Under the pieces are notes generated by a model. It was given only the letters and a program-made list of their open reading frames with translations. It ran no database searches and was not told where the DNA came from. A DNA stretch of 42,610 bases, from positions 1 to 42,610 of the forward strand of contig JAHEAD010000017.1 in the NCBI GenBank assembly GCA_019721075.1, written 5' to 3'. The translations under genes were made by a program, and so were the position numbers. Source of the DNA: Candidatus Sysuiplasma jiujiangense (GTDB lineage: Archaea > Thermoplasmatota > Thermoplasmata > Sysuiplasmatales > Sysuiplasmataceae). This document shows positions 17,349 through 26,419 of the stretch, one piece after another (the first letter of the stretch is position 1; each line of letters opens with the position of its first letter).

Positions 17349-18227
17349 ATGAGGGAAATGGCCCACAGGATATTTGCGGCCGAATTCAATTCTTCAAACT
17401 ACGAGATCAGGGAGGGAGAGGAGAAGAGCACCGTTTATGTGGTGACACCACTCGGAGCGCGTGTCAGCAGGCTCATGATAGCCGGCGTTCTGACGGAGAA
17501 GGACGAGAACCAGGGCGAGAACTGGAAAATGTATTCGGCCCAGATAGCTGACCCGACCGGCACATTCAGAGTGACTGCGGGACAGTATCAGGAGAGTGCG
17601 TCCCGGACGCTGCAGTCGCTTGAGCCGCCAGCATTTGTGGCGGTGGTCGGAAAGGCAAAGACATTCACTACCGAGGAGGGGGCGGTATACGTTTCCGTCA
17701 GGGCAGAATCAATAGCGAAAATAGATCAGAGGCAGAGGGATATCTGGGTGTTTGAAACATGCCGTGAGACGCTGAGGAGGATTGAAGCCGTCGCCGCTGC
17801 CGCCGAACTTTCGCCTCCGACTGCCGGTGGACTGGTAAAGCTCGGCGTAAGCGCGCGATATGCCGAAGGGGCAGTCATTGCCAGGCAGCATTACGGCAGC
17901 GTGGATCTGGATGCATACAGAGGGGTGGTTGTCGAGGCACTCCGCTCAATTCCCGGCATAGAGGAAAAGACGCACGAGATCGACGGTGCTGTCATGGAGA
18001 GAGCACAGAACGGAGAAGACGAGGAACTCACCGAACTCGAGAAAACGCTGCTGATAATAATCGGTTCGCTCGACAACAACACCCCCAGGGGGGCGGAATG
18101 GAAGGACATAGAGCGGAAAGCGCAGGAGAAGAAGATGACACCCGAGCAGTTAAGCGAGGCGGTGAGCGGCCTGCTTGACAAGGGAATGGTTTACGAACCT
18201 GTGATCGGGAAAATGAAGAGAATCTGA
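17349..18227 (+). CDS. RPA-associated protein (RPA32-like OB fold plus C-terminal winged helix)
   Basis: RE.A.RIFA.EF, YVVTPLGA...R..IAGVLTE, DPTG.F.V.AGQYQ, C-terminal LLDKG.VYEP; directly after rpa. Confidence 0.88.
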   Translation: MREMAHRIFAAEFNSSNYEIREGEEKSTVYVVTPLGARVSRLMIAGVLTEKDENQGENWKMYSAQIADPTGTFRVTAGQYQESASRTLQSLEPPAFVAVVGKAKTFTTEEGAVYVSVRAESIAKIDQRQRDIWVFETCRETLRRIEAVAAAAELSPPTAGGLVKLGVSARYAEGAVIARQHYGSVDLDAYRGVVVEALRSIPGIEEKTHEIDGAVMERAQNGEDEELTELEKTLLIIIGSLDNNTPRGAEWKDIERKAQEKKMTPEQLSEAVSGLLDKGMVYEPVIGKMKRI

Positions 18228-18353
18228 GGTGTGCAGGCAAAGTGACCCGATATCAGCGGATCTCGGGCCGGTTTGGTCCGTTTAGCAGCACATACGGACA
18301 GTTCTGCGCAATCTATAATTAGATCGCATGGATGCAGATTTCCGGTAGATATA

Positions 18354-19412
18354 TTGGAAAAGATACTTTTCACCGCCGGACCGGTAGAGGTTAGGCGGGA
18401 AGTGCTCAATGCAATGAGCAGGCCGATGATAACACACCGCGGAAGCGATTACAAAAAACTTCACAGCGGAATTGTCGACAAGCTGAAGGATCTCCTTGAA
18501 ACAGAGAATGATGTTTTCCTCATTCCCTCCTCATCTACCGGCGCAATGGAAGCGGCTGTGAGAAGCTCCGTCAGAGAGAGCATTCTCCACATGAGCTGCG
18601 GTGCATTCGGAGACAGATGGATTGAGATTTCAAGAAGCAACGGGAAGAGGGTGAAGACAATTTCGACTGACTGGGGCAGGGGATTCACGTCCTCCGTCAT
18701 CGACAGCGTTGTCGACAGCGGCGAAGAGGCGATAGCCATCACCCACAATGAGACATCCACCGGCGTCATGAATCCGCTCGCGGAAATAGCCGAACGCATC
18801 CATGGCGCCAGCGATGCGCTTCTGTTTGTGGACGCAGTCACATCGGCATTCGGGACACCCGTGGACATGAAAAGGGTGAAGCCGGACATACTTATATTCG
18901 GAACACAGAAAGCGCTCGCGCTTCCACCCGGGCTTGCGGTGGCTGTTGTCTCGGACCGGGCGCTTGAGGCGGCGAAGCGGGTTGAGAACAGGGGAAGATA
19001 TCTGGATCTTGTCGAAATAAAGGAGTTCGCAGACAGGAATCTTGTTCCGACAACACCGCCCATATCGCTTATGTACGCGCTTGACTTCCAGCTCGACAGA
19101 ATCGTTGAAGAGGGAATGGCGGCGAGGACCGGACGGCACAGAAAGCTCGGCGAAATGGCAAGAAAGTGGGCATCCGAATGCATGTCGGTCTTCACCGAGG
19201 ACGGCTTCTACTCAGACACGGTAACGTGCGTGAGGAACACATCCGGAAAGGAGTACGGGTTCATAGATGCGGAGCTCGGAAAGCGTGGCTACCAGATTTC
19301 AGAGGGGTACGGAAAACTCAAGGGGGGGACATTCAGGATAGGTCACATGGGTGACCTGACAGCAGATGAGATGGGTGGACTTCTCGACGCACTGACGGAG
19401 GTTGTGACATGA
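18354..19412 (+). CDS. Class V aminotransferase (alanine-glyoxylate/archaeal phosphoserine aminotransferase type)
   Basis: LFTAGPV, ITHR, SSTGAMEA, THNETSTGV.N, VDAVTS, GTQKALALPPG (PLP Lys), FRIGHMG; TTG18354 is the likely start. Confidence 0.92.
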   Translation: MEKILFTAGPVEVRREVLNAMSRPMITHRGSDYKKLHSGIVDKLKDLLETENDVFLIPSSSTGAMEAAVRSSVRESILHMSCGAFGDRWIEISRSNGKRVKTISTDWGRGFTSSVIDSVVDSGEEAIAITHNETSTGVMNPLAEIAERIHGASDALLFVDAVTSAFGTPVDMKRVKPDILIFGTQKALALPPGLAVAVVSDRALEAAKRVENRGRYLDLVEIKEFADRNLVPTTPPISLMYALDFQLDRIVEEGMAARTGRHRKLGEMARKWASECMSVFTEDGFYSDTVTCVRNTSGKEYGFIDAELGKRGYQISEGYGKLKGGTFRIGHMGDLTADEMGGLLDALTEVVT

Positions 19413-20380
19413 CGAAAATAATAATCACGGATGCAGTCGACGAAAAGCATGTGAACAGGCTGAAGTCGATGGCTGGATTTGAAGTCGATTTCAGGAACGG
19501 CATAAACTCCAAGGAACTCTCTGAAATCGTAGGCAACTACGAATGCATTGTGGTCAGGAGCAGGACAAAACTGACGCATGAACTGATATCGAAGGCTGAA
19601 AGGGCAAAACTCATCGTCAGGGCCGGCGTCGGCACAGACAATATAGACGTCGAGGCGGCGAGCACCTTCGGCATACCGGTCGCAAACACGCCGTGGGCCA
19701 ATGTGGTTTCGGCAGCGGAACTTGCATTTGCATTGATGCTCGCACTCAGCAGGAGGGTCCACCTGGCGAACAGCTCCATGCACGAAGGGAAATGGGAAAC
19801 ACTGAAGTTCACCGGTTCCGAGCTGAGCGGAAAGACGCTGGGCATAATAGGGCTCGGAAGAGTGGGCAGGGAAGTCGCCAGGAGAGCAAGGGCATTCCAG
19901 ATGGAAATCGTCGCCACGGACCCGTTTATCGGCAGGGATGTCGCTGAAGCTGCAGGAGTGCATCTGGTGAGCAAGGAAAAACTCCTGGCTGAGGCAGATA
20001 TTGTTACACTGCATGCATCAATGATGCCCGGGAATGTGCATCTCATTGGCATGAAGGAAATGGAGCTCATGAAGAAGAATTCGCTGCTCATCAACACGGC
20101 AAGGGGCGAGATGGTCGACAGCGGTGCACTGGTGCATTTCATAAAAGAAGGAAAGATCGCGGGTGCCGGCCTCGATGTGTTCGAGAAAGAGCAGACGGTG
20201 GATCCGAGGCTTGCGGAACTCCCGAACGTTGTCATGACGCCGCACATTGGTGCGCAGACGAGGGAGGCGCAGAACAGGGTTGGCGGCGAGGTTGTTGAAG
20301 TCATAGAGGCGTTCTTCAACAGAGGGGAGATGATGAACGTGGTAAACGCGGGGCGTATTGAGAAACTGCGACAGAAATGA
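19409..20380 (+). CDS. serA: D-3-phosphoglycerate dehydrogenase-like 2-hydroxyacid dehydrogenase (no ACT domain)
   Basis: VVRSRTK, RAGVGTDNIDV, GIIGLGRVG, INTARG, LDVFEKE, TPHIGAQT.EAQ; ATGA-coupled to the aminotransferase. Confidence 0.85.
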   Translation: MTKIIITDAVDEKHVNRLKSMAGFEVDFRNGINSKELSEIVGNYECIVVRSRTKLTHELISKAERAKLIVRAGVGTDNIDVEAASTFGIPVANTPWANVVSAAELAFALMLALSRRVHLANSSMHEGKWETLKFTGSELSGKTLGIIGLGRVGREVARRARAFQMEIVATDPFIGRDVAEAAGVHLVSKEKLLAEADIVTLHASMMPGNVHLIGMKEMELMKKNSLLINTARGEMVDSGALVHFIKEGKIAGAGLDVFEKEQTVDPRLAELPNVVMTPHIGAQTREAQNRVGGEVVEVIEAFFNRGEMMNVVNAGRIEKLRQK

Positions 20381-20597
20381 ATCCGGCGTTGTGCGGTAAG
20401 ACACAGAGCATTTCAACTATTTCTACCGCTTCCGGCATATAAGAATCGCCGGTCCGCAGTCATATCCTGTCATCTCGGGAGACAGCGGATGCTGTTGACT
20501 GACCGCGAATCGGCTTTAGCCGAAGGAAGTGAAATTCAAAAGTTATTTATTCAGGATGAAGGTCGAATCACTACCCTGAGAAGAGGAAAAACAGTTT

Positions 20598-21434
20598 ATG
20601 AAATACCTGACCAAGGTTATTGTTGTGGCGGCGGTTGCGGCTTCCGTCGCGCTGCCTGCGGGCTATTTCGCCTATACGGCATCAGTTCCGGCTGCTCCGG
20701 CGCCTGCGGAATTTGTGCCGTCCAATGTACAGTATGTCATGAGGGCTTCATTGAACAATTCGAGCGCTTACGCATTCGTTTCAAACGGGTCTGCATCACT
20801 CGTGCTCGAATATACAATAAGCGCATTCGACGCAAGGCTCTCGGCAGCCGGGAACTTTTCCCGCGGAACCGGCTTCAAGGGAAATATCACGCCTGTTCGC
20901 TGGGGCGAATACAGGGGCTACACGATATACAGACTGGAAAACACCACTTTCAGCACGGATGCACTTCTTGGTTCTCTTGCGAATATAACCGGGCTCGGTA
21001 CCTTCTTTGATTTTGGAGCGCTTAACAGCAGCGGAAGCGTGTACGTCTCGCAGGTCAGGCCGCAGATAATGGCAGTCGGCGGAACTGCCGGCATTCAGGC
21101 ATCAGTGAATGCATACCTCTCGGGAAAAAATTTTGCAAAACAGGAAAAACAGCTCTTTTCGCCTGCTGCGGATCTCTCAGCCTATGTAAATTCCAGCACG
21201 ACGCCGTTTGCATCGGCGACACTGAACATATTCGCTGATTCCGGCTATCTGAACCTCACATTCTCCACTACCACCTCGGCCCAGAGATTCTATTCAGTGG
21301 CTGAAAATTATTCATCCAATGTTTCTTCCGTCGCAACGCTCAGCGGGAGTTCGGTCAGCATCAGGTTTGACGCAGGGCTGACGGGTCTCGGCAGCTACGT
21401 CTACCTGCTCAGGGAAATAGAGGCGCATCTCTGA
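20598..21434 (+). CDS. Secreted or anchored hypothetical protein preceding an ABC exporter
   Basis: N-terminal hydrophobic segment, Ser/Ala-rich, many NxS/T sequons; stop codon abuts the permease start. Confidence 0.8.
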   Translation: MKYLTKVIVVAAVAASVALPAGYFAYTASVPAAPAPAEFVPSNVQYVMRASLNNSSAYAFVSNGSASLVLEYTISAFDARLSAAGNFSRGTGFKGNITPVRWGEYRGYTIYRLENTTFSTDALLGSLANITGLGTFFDFGALNSSGSVYVSQVRPQIMAVGGTAGIQASVNAYLSGKNFAKQEKQLFSPAADLSAYVNSSTTPFASATLNIFADSGYLNLTFSTTTSAQRFYSVAENYSSNVSSVATLSGSSVSIRFDAGLTGLGSYVYLLREIEAHL

Positions 21435-22289
21435 ATGGGCGAAAAGACCGGGAACGGCGGAATGAGGCTGCTCGGAACAGTCACATGGTACTACTTCAGG
21501 AATTATTACAGATCAAAAAGCTTCTATTTCATGGTAGTGATAACACTTCTTGTTTCGGCCCTCCTGAGCTATTTCTCGTTCAACTACGTCAACAGGATAG
21601 GAAGCATTTTTCCCGGTGCGAACCTGACGGACATAGGTACGTTCGCCAGGGAACAGATATTCGGGTACCTGTGGTCGTTTGTTCTGCTGGATCTGCCCGT
21701 TTTTGCCTCCGTTTTCTTCGGTTCCCCCGCAATATCGTCCGAGATTGAGTCAAAGACGGCCTACCATATATTCACTCTGCCCATCGGGAGGACAAAACTG
21801 TTCGTCTCAAAGTATCTTGCGGCTGTGGCCGCAACCTTGCTGACTGTCCTGATCTACGTGGCGGTCCAGGCTGCCGTTTTCATCTCCCTTTTCCACGGAC
21901 TGCTCATTTATCCTTTCTACGAATCGATCGGACTGCTCATTGTTTTCATCTTTGCAATCGTCGCATTTACCTTCCTGATAAGCGGCATATTCGACAGGAA
22001 CACATATGCCTACATCACCGTCTTCCTGATATATTTCCTGGTCTTCAGCGCATTCCAGATTATTGTCGAATTTCTGTACAGGGAGACACCTTTCTATCTC
22101 CTGAATGTCGCAGCAAGCATAGTTGAACGTGTCTACATAAACATAAACCCCGATCCGTTCCGTACTTCATTCACATTTGCGCCTGCCGGGCAGGCGGACA
22201 TACTCCTTTCTCTGGCTGTCATCGCCGTATACTGGATTATTTCCTTGAGCGCAGGCATAATAATGTTTGAAAGGAAGGAGGTGAAATGA
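21435..22289 (+). CDS. ABC-2 type transporter permease
   Basis: About six TM helices; AISSEIESKT....TLPI.R......KYL motif; ends FERKEV. Confidence 0.9.
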   Translation: MGEKTGNGGMRLLGTVTWYYFRNYYRSKSFYFMVVITLLVSALLSYFSFNYVNRIGSIFPGANLTDIGTFAREQIFGYLWSFVLLDLPVFASVFFGSPAISSEIESKTAYHIFTLPIGRTKLFVSKYLAAVAATLLTVLIYVAVQAAVFISLFHGLLIYPFYESIGLLIVFIFAIVAFTFLISGIFDRNTYAYITVFLIYFLVFSAFQIIVEFLYRETPFYLLNVAASIVERVYININPDPFRTSFTFAPAGQADILLSLAVIAVYWIISLSAGIIMFERKEVK

Positions 22290-23179
22290 CGCCCTCCATC
22301 AGGCTCGAAGCCATATCCAAGGCATACGGCGGGACGCTTGCCCTGGACAGGATAGATCTCCGGGTGGATGGCCCGGTCTGCCTTGGAATCCTCGGCCCCA
22401 ACGGCGCTGGGAAGACCACGATGCTGAAGATCATTACTAACATTTCCAGGCCGACCGGCGGCGTTGCGCTTGTCAACGGAATAAACGTTTCGGAGGATCC
22501 GCAGAAGGCGCTTTCAGCCGTCGGGTCACTCATCGAACAGCCCGAGTTCTATCCGTACCTCAGGGGAAGGGAGATACTCGAGTTCGTCGCGAAGGTGAGG
22601 GGGCTGGAGGAACGGGAGATTGATGCAGACATCGGAAAAATTGCCCAAAGGACAGGATGCACTGAATATCTTGACAAAAAGTCCGGCATACTCTCAAGGG
22701 GGATGAAGCAGCGCCTAGGGCTTGCGGCTGCGCTGATCGGAGATCCGGAGATACTCATCCTTGATGAGCCGACATTCGGCCTGGATCCAAGGGGCATGAG
22801 GGATATCAGAGAAATCATCAGGGAACTCAGTTCAGAGAGAAGGCGGATAATCATGCTCAGTACTCACCTCACGTACGAGGCAAGCGAAATATGTGAGCGT
22901 GTGATCATAGTGAACAGGGGGAGGATCGTCCACGATACGGGACTGAGGTCGGAGGCTGAAGAAGTAAAAGTCGTCCTGGAGGAGACGCCTGCAAATCTGG
23001 AACTGCCGCCGGCCCTCTCTTCGAATTTCAGGGTGGAGGGGAGCACCGTGATAATAAGAAAAAGTGACGGTGTGGCAAACAGCGAGCTGATTTCGTACCT
23101 TGCCGCAAGGGGTATGAGAATCAAATACATCCTTCCCGGAGACAGTGTGGAGGATATGTATGTCAGGGTTGTGGATTAA
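22286..23179 (+). CDS. ABC-2 type transporter ATP-binding protein
   Basis: GPNGAGKTT, LSRGMKQRL, ILDEPTFGLDP, LSTH. Confidence 0.95.
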   Translation: MTPSIRLEAISKAYGGTLALDRIDLRVDGPVCLGILGPNGAGKTTMLKIITNISRPTGGVALVNGINVSEDPQKALSAVGSLIEQPEFYPYLRGREILEFVAKVRGLEEREIDADIGKIAQRTGCTEYLDKKSGILSRGMKQRLGLAAALIGDPEILILDEPTFGLDPRGMRDIREIIRELSSERRRIIMLSTHLTYEASEICERVIIVNRGRIVHDTGLRSEAEEVKVVLEETPANLELPPALSSNFRVEGSTVIIRKSDGVANSELISYLAARGMRIKYILPGDSVEDMYVRVVD

Positions 23180-23354
23180 GACCTGCTCCTGCCCGGTCTG
23201 CGCGCTGAACGCTGCAGGGGTGCCGCCTTACAGGTAGATGATACGCCGGCATGCCCACAGGAATATGAGCTGCGGACCGGCAGCCTTGCCGGAAAATGCA
23301 GATTGACCTCAATTTATATATGTTACCCTGCAATGTCCATGCAGGGGTAGTTAA

Positions 23355-23705
23355 TTGTCTTCGGGAGAAAGTTCGGGCAGTCCGCAGCCGGCCCAGAGCC
23401 ATGCGACCATCGAGAGTGAAGTTGCCACGATGATAGAAACAGCAACCCATACGACTATAATAGTTGCAATAGTTCTCTTCGGCCTGGTTCTGGATTTCAT
23501 TGCACAGATCATAATCGTCGTTTCGTCCGGACCCGGGACATCGGGATATTCGGCGGGACTTGTGCTTTCCATATTCGGAAATTTCATCATACTGGCGATA
23601 CTCTTCATTGCCGGAATACTCAAGAGGGATGCGACTGACTATGTCAGGATAGGCTACCTCGTGGCAGCCGGCCTGGTGTTCATAGCCACGATGAGGCTTA
23701 TCTGA
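23355..23705 (+). CDS. Small membrane protein with three TM segments
   Basis: Three hydrophobic segments; TTTATATA at about 23313-23320 upstream. Confidence 0.7.
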   Translation: MSSGESSGSPQPAQSHATIESEVATMIETATHTTIIVAIVLFGLVLDFIAQIIIVVSSGPGTSGYSAGLVLSIFGNFIILAILFIAGILKRDATDYVRIGYLVAAGLVFIATMRLI

Positions 23706-23883
23706 ATCACTGTGCATGGGCTGCTCAGCGCAGCCGCTCCCTTGCTTCCTGTACGATGGTCTATCTGTAATTCGGCAGCCGTCGATGAATTGATTGACAA
23801 TATTTAAATACAAACAGTTCGTAGAATTAATACTGCGGTTCTGTATCCATGTACGCAGTTTGTAGCCCACCAGGAGTGTTTTA

Positions 23884-24315
23884 ATGCCGGCAGCGAAAAC
23901 CAGTGATTCGTTCAGGGCAAGGACACTGACCGTCGACCATCTGAGTCTGGCTATAAGGAACAGCATAGACAGGGAGGATATGCCTGCCGAGGAGGCCATG
24001 TCGCTTGCCCAGCATGTGATGAATTTCTTCGGCTACAGCGAACGGATCATAGACAACATGCTGGAACCTGAGGACAGGGATGCTTTTTACATGCTTGAGG
24101 ACAGCGGCATCCTGACGACCGAGAGGGAGGAAACGACGCTCTATGACGGCAGGGAATGGCGTATCCACTACTGGCTCTTCCAGAAGGAAAGGATATGGGA
24201 GCTTATCAACGGCATCGAGGGAGAGGATGTTTCCGAAACGAGCGACAACTCCGTTTACGACGATGTGCCGGAAGATGTCTGGGACATGCTAAAACAGACA
24301 CACAGCCGCAGATAG
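23884..24315 (+). CDS. DUF6015-like conserved Thermoplasmata protein; putative winged helix with acidic tail
   Basis: NFFGY..RIIDN.LE.EDRD.FYMLED.G.L.TEREET.LYDGREWRIHYW pattern recognised from memory; GGAGTG RBS; TTTAAATA at about 23803-23810. Confidence 0.75.
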   Translation: MPAAKTSDSFRARTLTVDHLSLAIRNSIDREDMPAEEAMSLAQHVMNFFGYSERIIDNMLEPEDRDAFYMLEDSGILTTEREETTLYDGREWRIHYWLFQKERIWELINGIEGEDVSETSDNSVYDDVPEDVWDMLKQTHSRR

Positions 24316-24371
24316 TGCCGCCGCCTGCCTTTCAGCCAACCCTTCAATAGTTTTTTAACCTGCAGCCGGGA

Positions 24372-26339
24372 ATGGGATTGTCCGGCAGAGACTGGAAACA
24401 CATGGAAGAGGAAGAAAACGGTGAGGGGCGCAGGGAAACCGGCGGAAGCTTTTTCCCCTACAGCCCGAGAAGGGGACAGATGCGCATAATGAAAGCTGTC
24501 TTTGAGTGCATCACAGCGTCACGCCATCTTGTCGTCGAGAGTCCGACGGGAAGCGGCAAGACTGCGAGCGTCCTTTCGGCAGTGATCGACAGCAGCGGTG
24601 AAAAAAAAATACTCTATCTCACGCGAACGAATTCGCAACAGCGCCAGGTGATGGATGAATTGCGCAGGATATCCTCCAGGAAGAGGATATTCGGGCTGGC
24701 GGTGCAGGGAAGAAACAGCAGCTGTCTACTTGCGAGAGACGACGGGGAGATAGGTTCAGGCAGCGCCGAGGAGCTGTCGTCGTACTGCAACTACCTCAAG
24801 GAGAAGACGAGGAACGGAATGGACGGATGCCGCTACTATCGCAGACTGCTTGATTCGGATCAGCATGAAATCATAGAGTGGCTCAGGGATGAAATGCCTG
24901 ACGCAGAGGCAGTCATAAAATGGGCCGGGGAAAGGAGTGTCTGCCCGTATGAGCTTTCGAAGTCGTTCCTTGCCGAAGCAGATATTGTCATGGCGCCGTA
25001 CATCTACTTCTTCGATCCGTTCATAAGGAGGAGGCTCTTCGAATGGATGGGCGTCCAGCCCAGGGACATCATACTCATACTGGACGAGGCGCACAACCTC
25101 CCCGATTACCTGAGGGAGGTCCAGAGCATCAGATTCGGGGTGAGGGCCGCACAGGGGATGAAAACGGAGGCGGAAGAGTTCGGCGACCCCGAAATAATTC
25201 CGGGCGTGAGCGTCAGGGATCTTTCAGAAGTTGTGGAGGATGCCATAAGGGCCATAGCCGAGGATTTTGTGCTCGACGATGACGGCCTGGTCCCGGAAGA
25301 CGAGTTTGAAACACAGATAATGGAGGAACTTGGCGTCAATTCCAGCTCCTTCCACACCATATCCACCATACTTTCGAACCAGGGGGATATCGTCAGGGAC
25401 GCTAAGCTGAAACAGGGGAGGCTTCCCAGGTCGTATATCCGCTCATTCAGCGATTTTCTCCGCTTCTGGACTGAAATCGAGCCGCAGCACTATGTCAAGC
25501 TCGTCAACGGGGGGGAAACACCCTCCCTGGAAGCGTACTGTCTCGACCCTGCCATAGCCGCTGCGCCGGTAATGGATACACACGCGAGCATTCACATGTC
25601 CGGGACGCTCGGCAAACTCGAGGACTACAGGACGCTACTCCAGCTTCCGGAAGACACTGTGCTGCTGTCCGTCCCTTCCGACTTTCCGGTATCGAACAGG
25701 AGGCTTGTCTATGTGGACGACATAACCACAAGATACGAAATACTGGTAAGGGACGCAGGCATGCTGGCCGCCATATGCGGCAGAATTGCCGGTATCTGCA
25801 ACGCTGTCAGAAGAAATACGATGGTGTTTCTGCCTTCGTTCGGGATGCTCGATTCACTCCTGTCGCTCAACATTGAGAAGAGGATAAACGGGAACGTAAT
25901 CGTGGAAAGGAAGGAGATGCGGCAGGAAGAACTCATGAACGCCGTGGATCGTTTCAAGCATGCGCCCGGTTCCGTATTCCTGTCGGTCATCGGCGGAAGG
26001 ATTTCGGAAGGACTTGATTTTCCCGACAGGACACTTGAGATGGTCATCATCGTTGGCATCCCGTACCCGAAACCGACTGCCAGGCAGAGAGCGCTTGTCA
26101 ACTACTACGACATACTGTACGGCAAGGGATGGGACTACGCAGTCAGGGGGCCGGCACTCAGAAGGCTGCTTCAGGCTGCCGGCCGCATGATAAGGAGCGA
26201 GACCGACAGGGGCATTGCCATCGTCCTTGACAAGAGACTTTCGTATTTTTCAGGCGTGGATGCGGAACGGGTAGATGACGCGGCCGGCGCAGCAGTGAGC
26301 TTCTTTTCCTGCCCGCCGGAGGATATCTCAAAGCGGTGA
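24372..26339 (+). CDS. xpd: XPD/Rad3-family 5'-3' Fe-S DNA helicase
   Basis: FPY..R.GQ Q-motif, ESPTGSGKT, four Fe-S Cys (SSCLL, SYCNY, GCRYY, VCPYE), LDEAHNL, MSGTL, SEGLDF, QAAGRMIRS..D.G. Confidence 0.93.
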   Translation: MGLSGRDWKHMEEEENGEGRRETGGSFFPYSPRRGQMRIMKAVFECITASRHLVVESPTGSGKTASVLSAVIDSSGEKKILYLTRTNSQQRQVMDELRRISSRKRIFGLAVQGRNSSCLLARDDGEIGSGSAEELSSYCNYLKEKTRNGMDGCRYYRRLLDSDQHEIIEWLRDEMPDAEAVIKWAGERSVCPYELSKSFLAEADIVMAPYIYFFDPFIRRRLFEWMGVQPRDIILILDEAHNLPDYLREVQSIRFGVRAAQGMKTEAEEFGDPEIIPGVSVRDLSEVVEDAIRAIAEDFVLDDDGLVPEDEFETQIMEELGVNSSSFHTISTILSNQGDIVRDAKLKQGRLPRSYIRSFSDFLRFWTEIEPQHYVKLVNGGETPSLEAYCLDPAIAAAPVMDTHASIHMSGTLGKLEDYRTLLQLPEDTVLLSVPSDFPVSNRRLVYVDDITTRYEILVRDAGMLAAICGRIAGICNAVRRNTMVFLPSFGMLDSLLSLNIEKRINGNVIVERKEMRQEELMNAVDRFKHAPGSVFLSVIGGRISEGLDFPDRTLEMVIIVGIPYPKPTARQRALVNYYDILYGKGWDYAVRGPALRRLLQAAGRMIRSETDRGIAIVLDKRLSYFSGVDAERVDDAAGAAVSFFSCPPEDISKR

Positions 26340-26419
26340 CAGGACAGCGGTGAATGCATCCGCGGCCATGCAGGCAGGCACGGGCTCATCCGCGATACAG
26401 TTAACTAACACGATTATCA

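Noticed and set aside
23163..23999. 278-aa minus-strand ORF
   Set aside because: Overlaps two better-supported plus-strand genes that have TATA and RBS signals; composition is not protein-like
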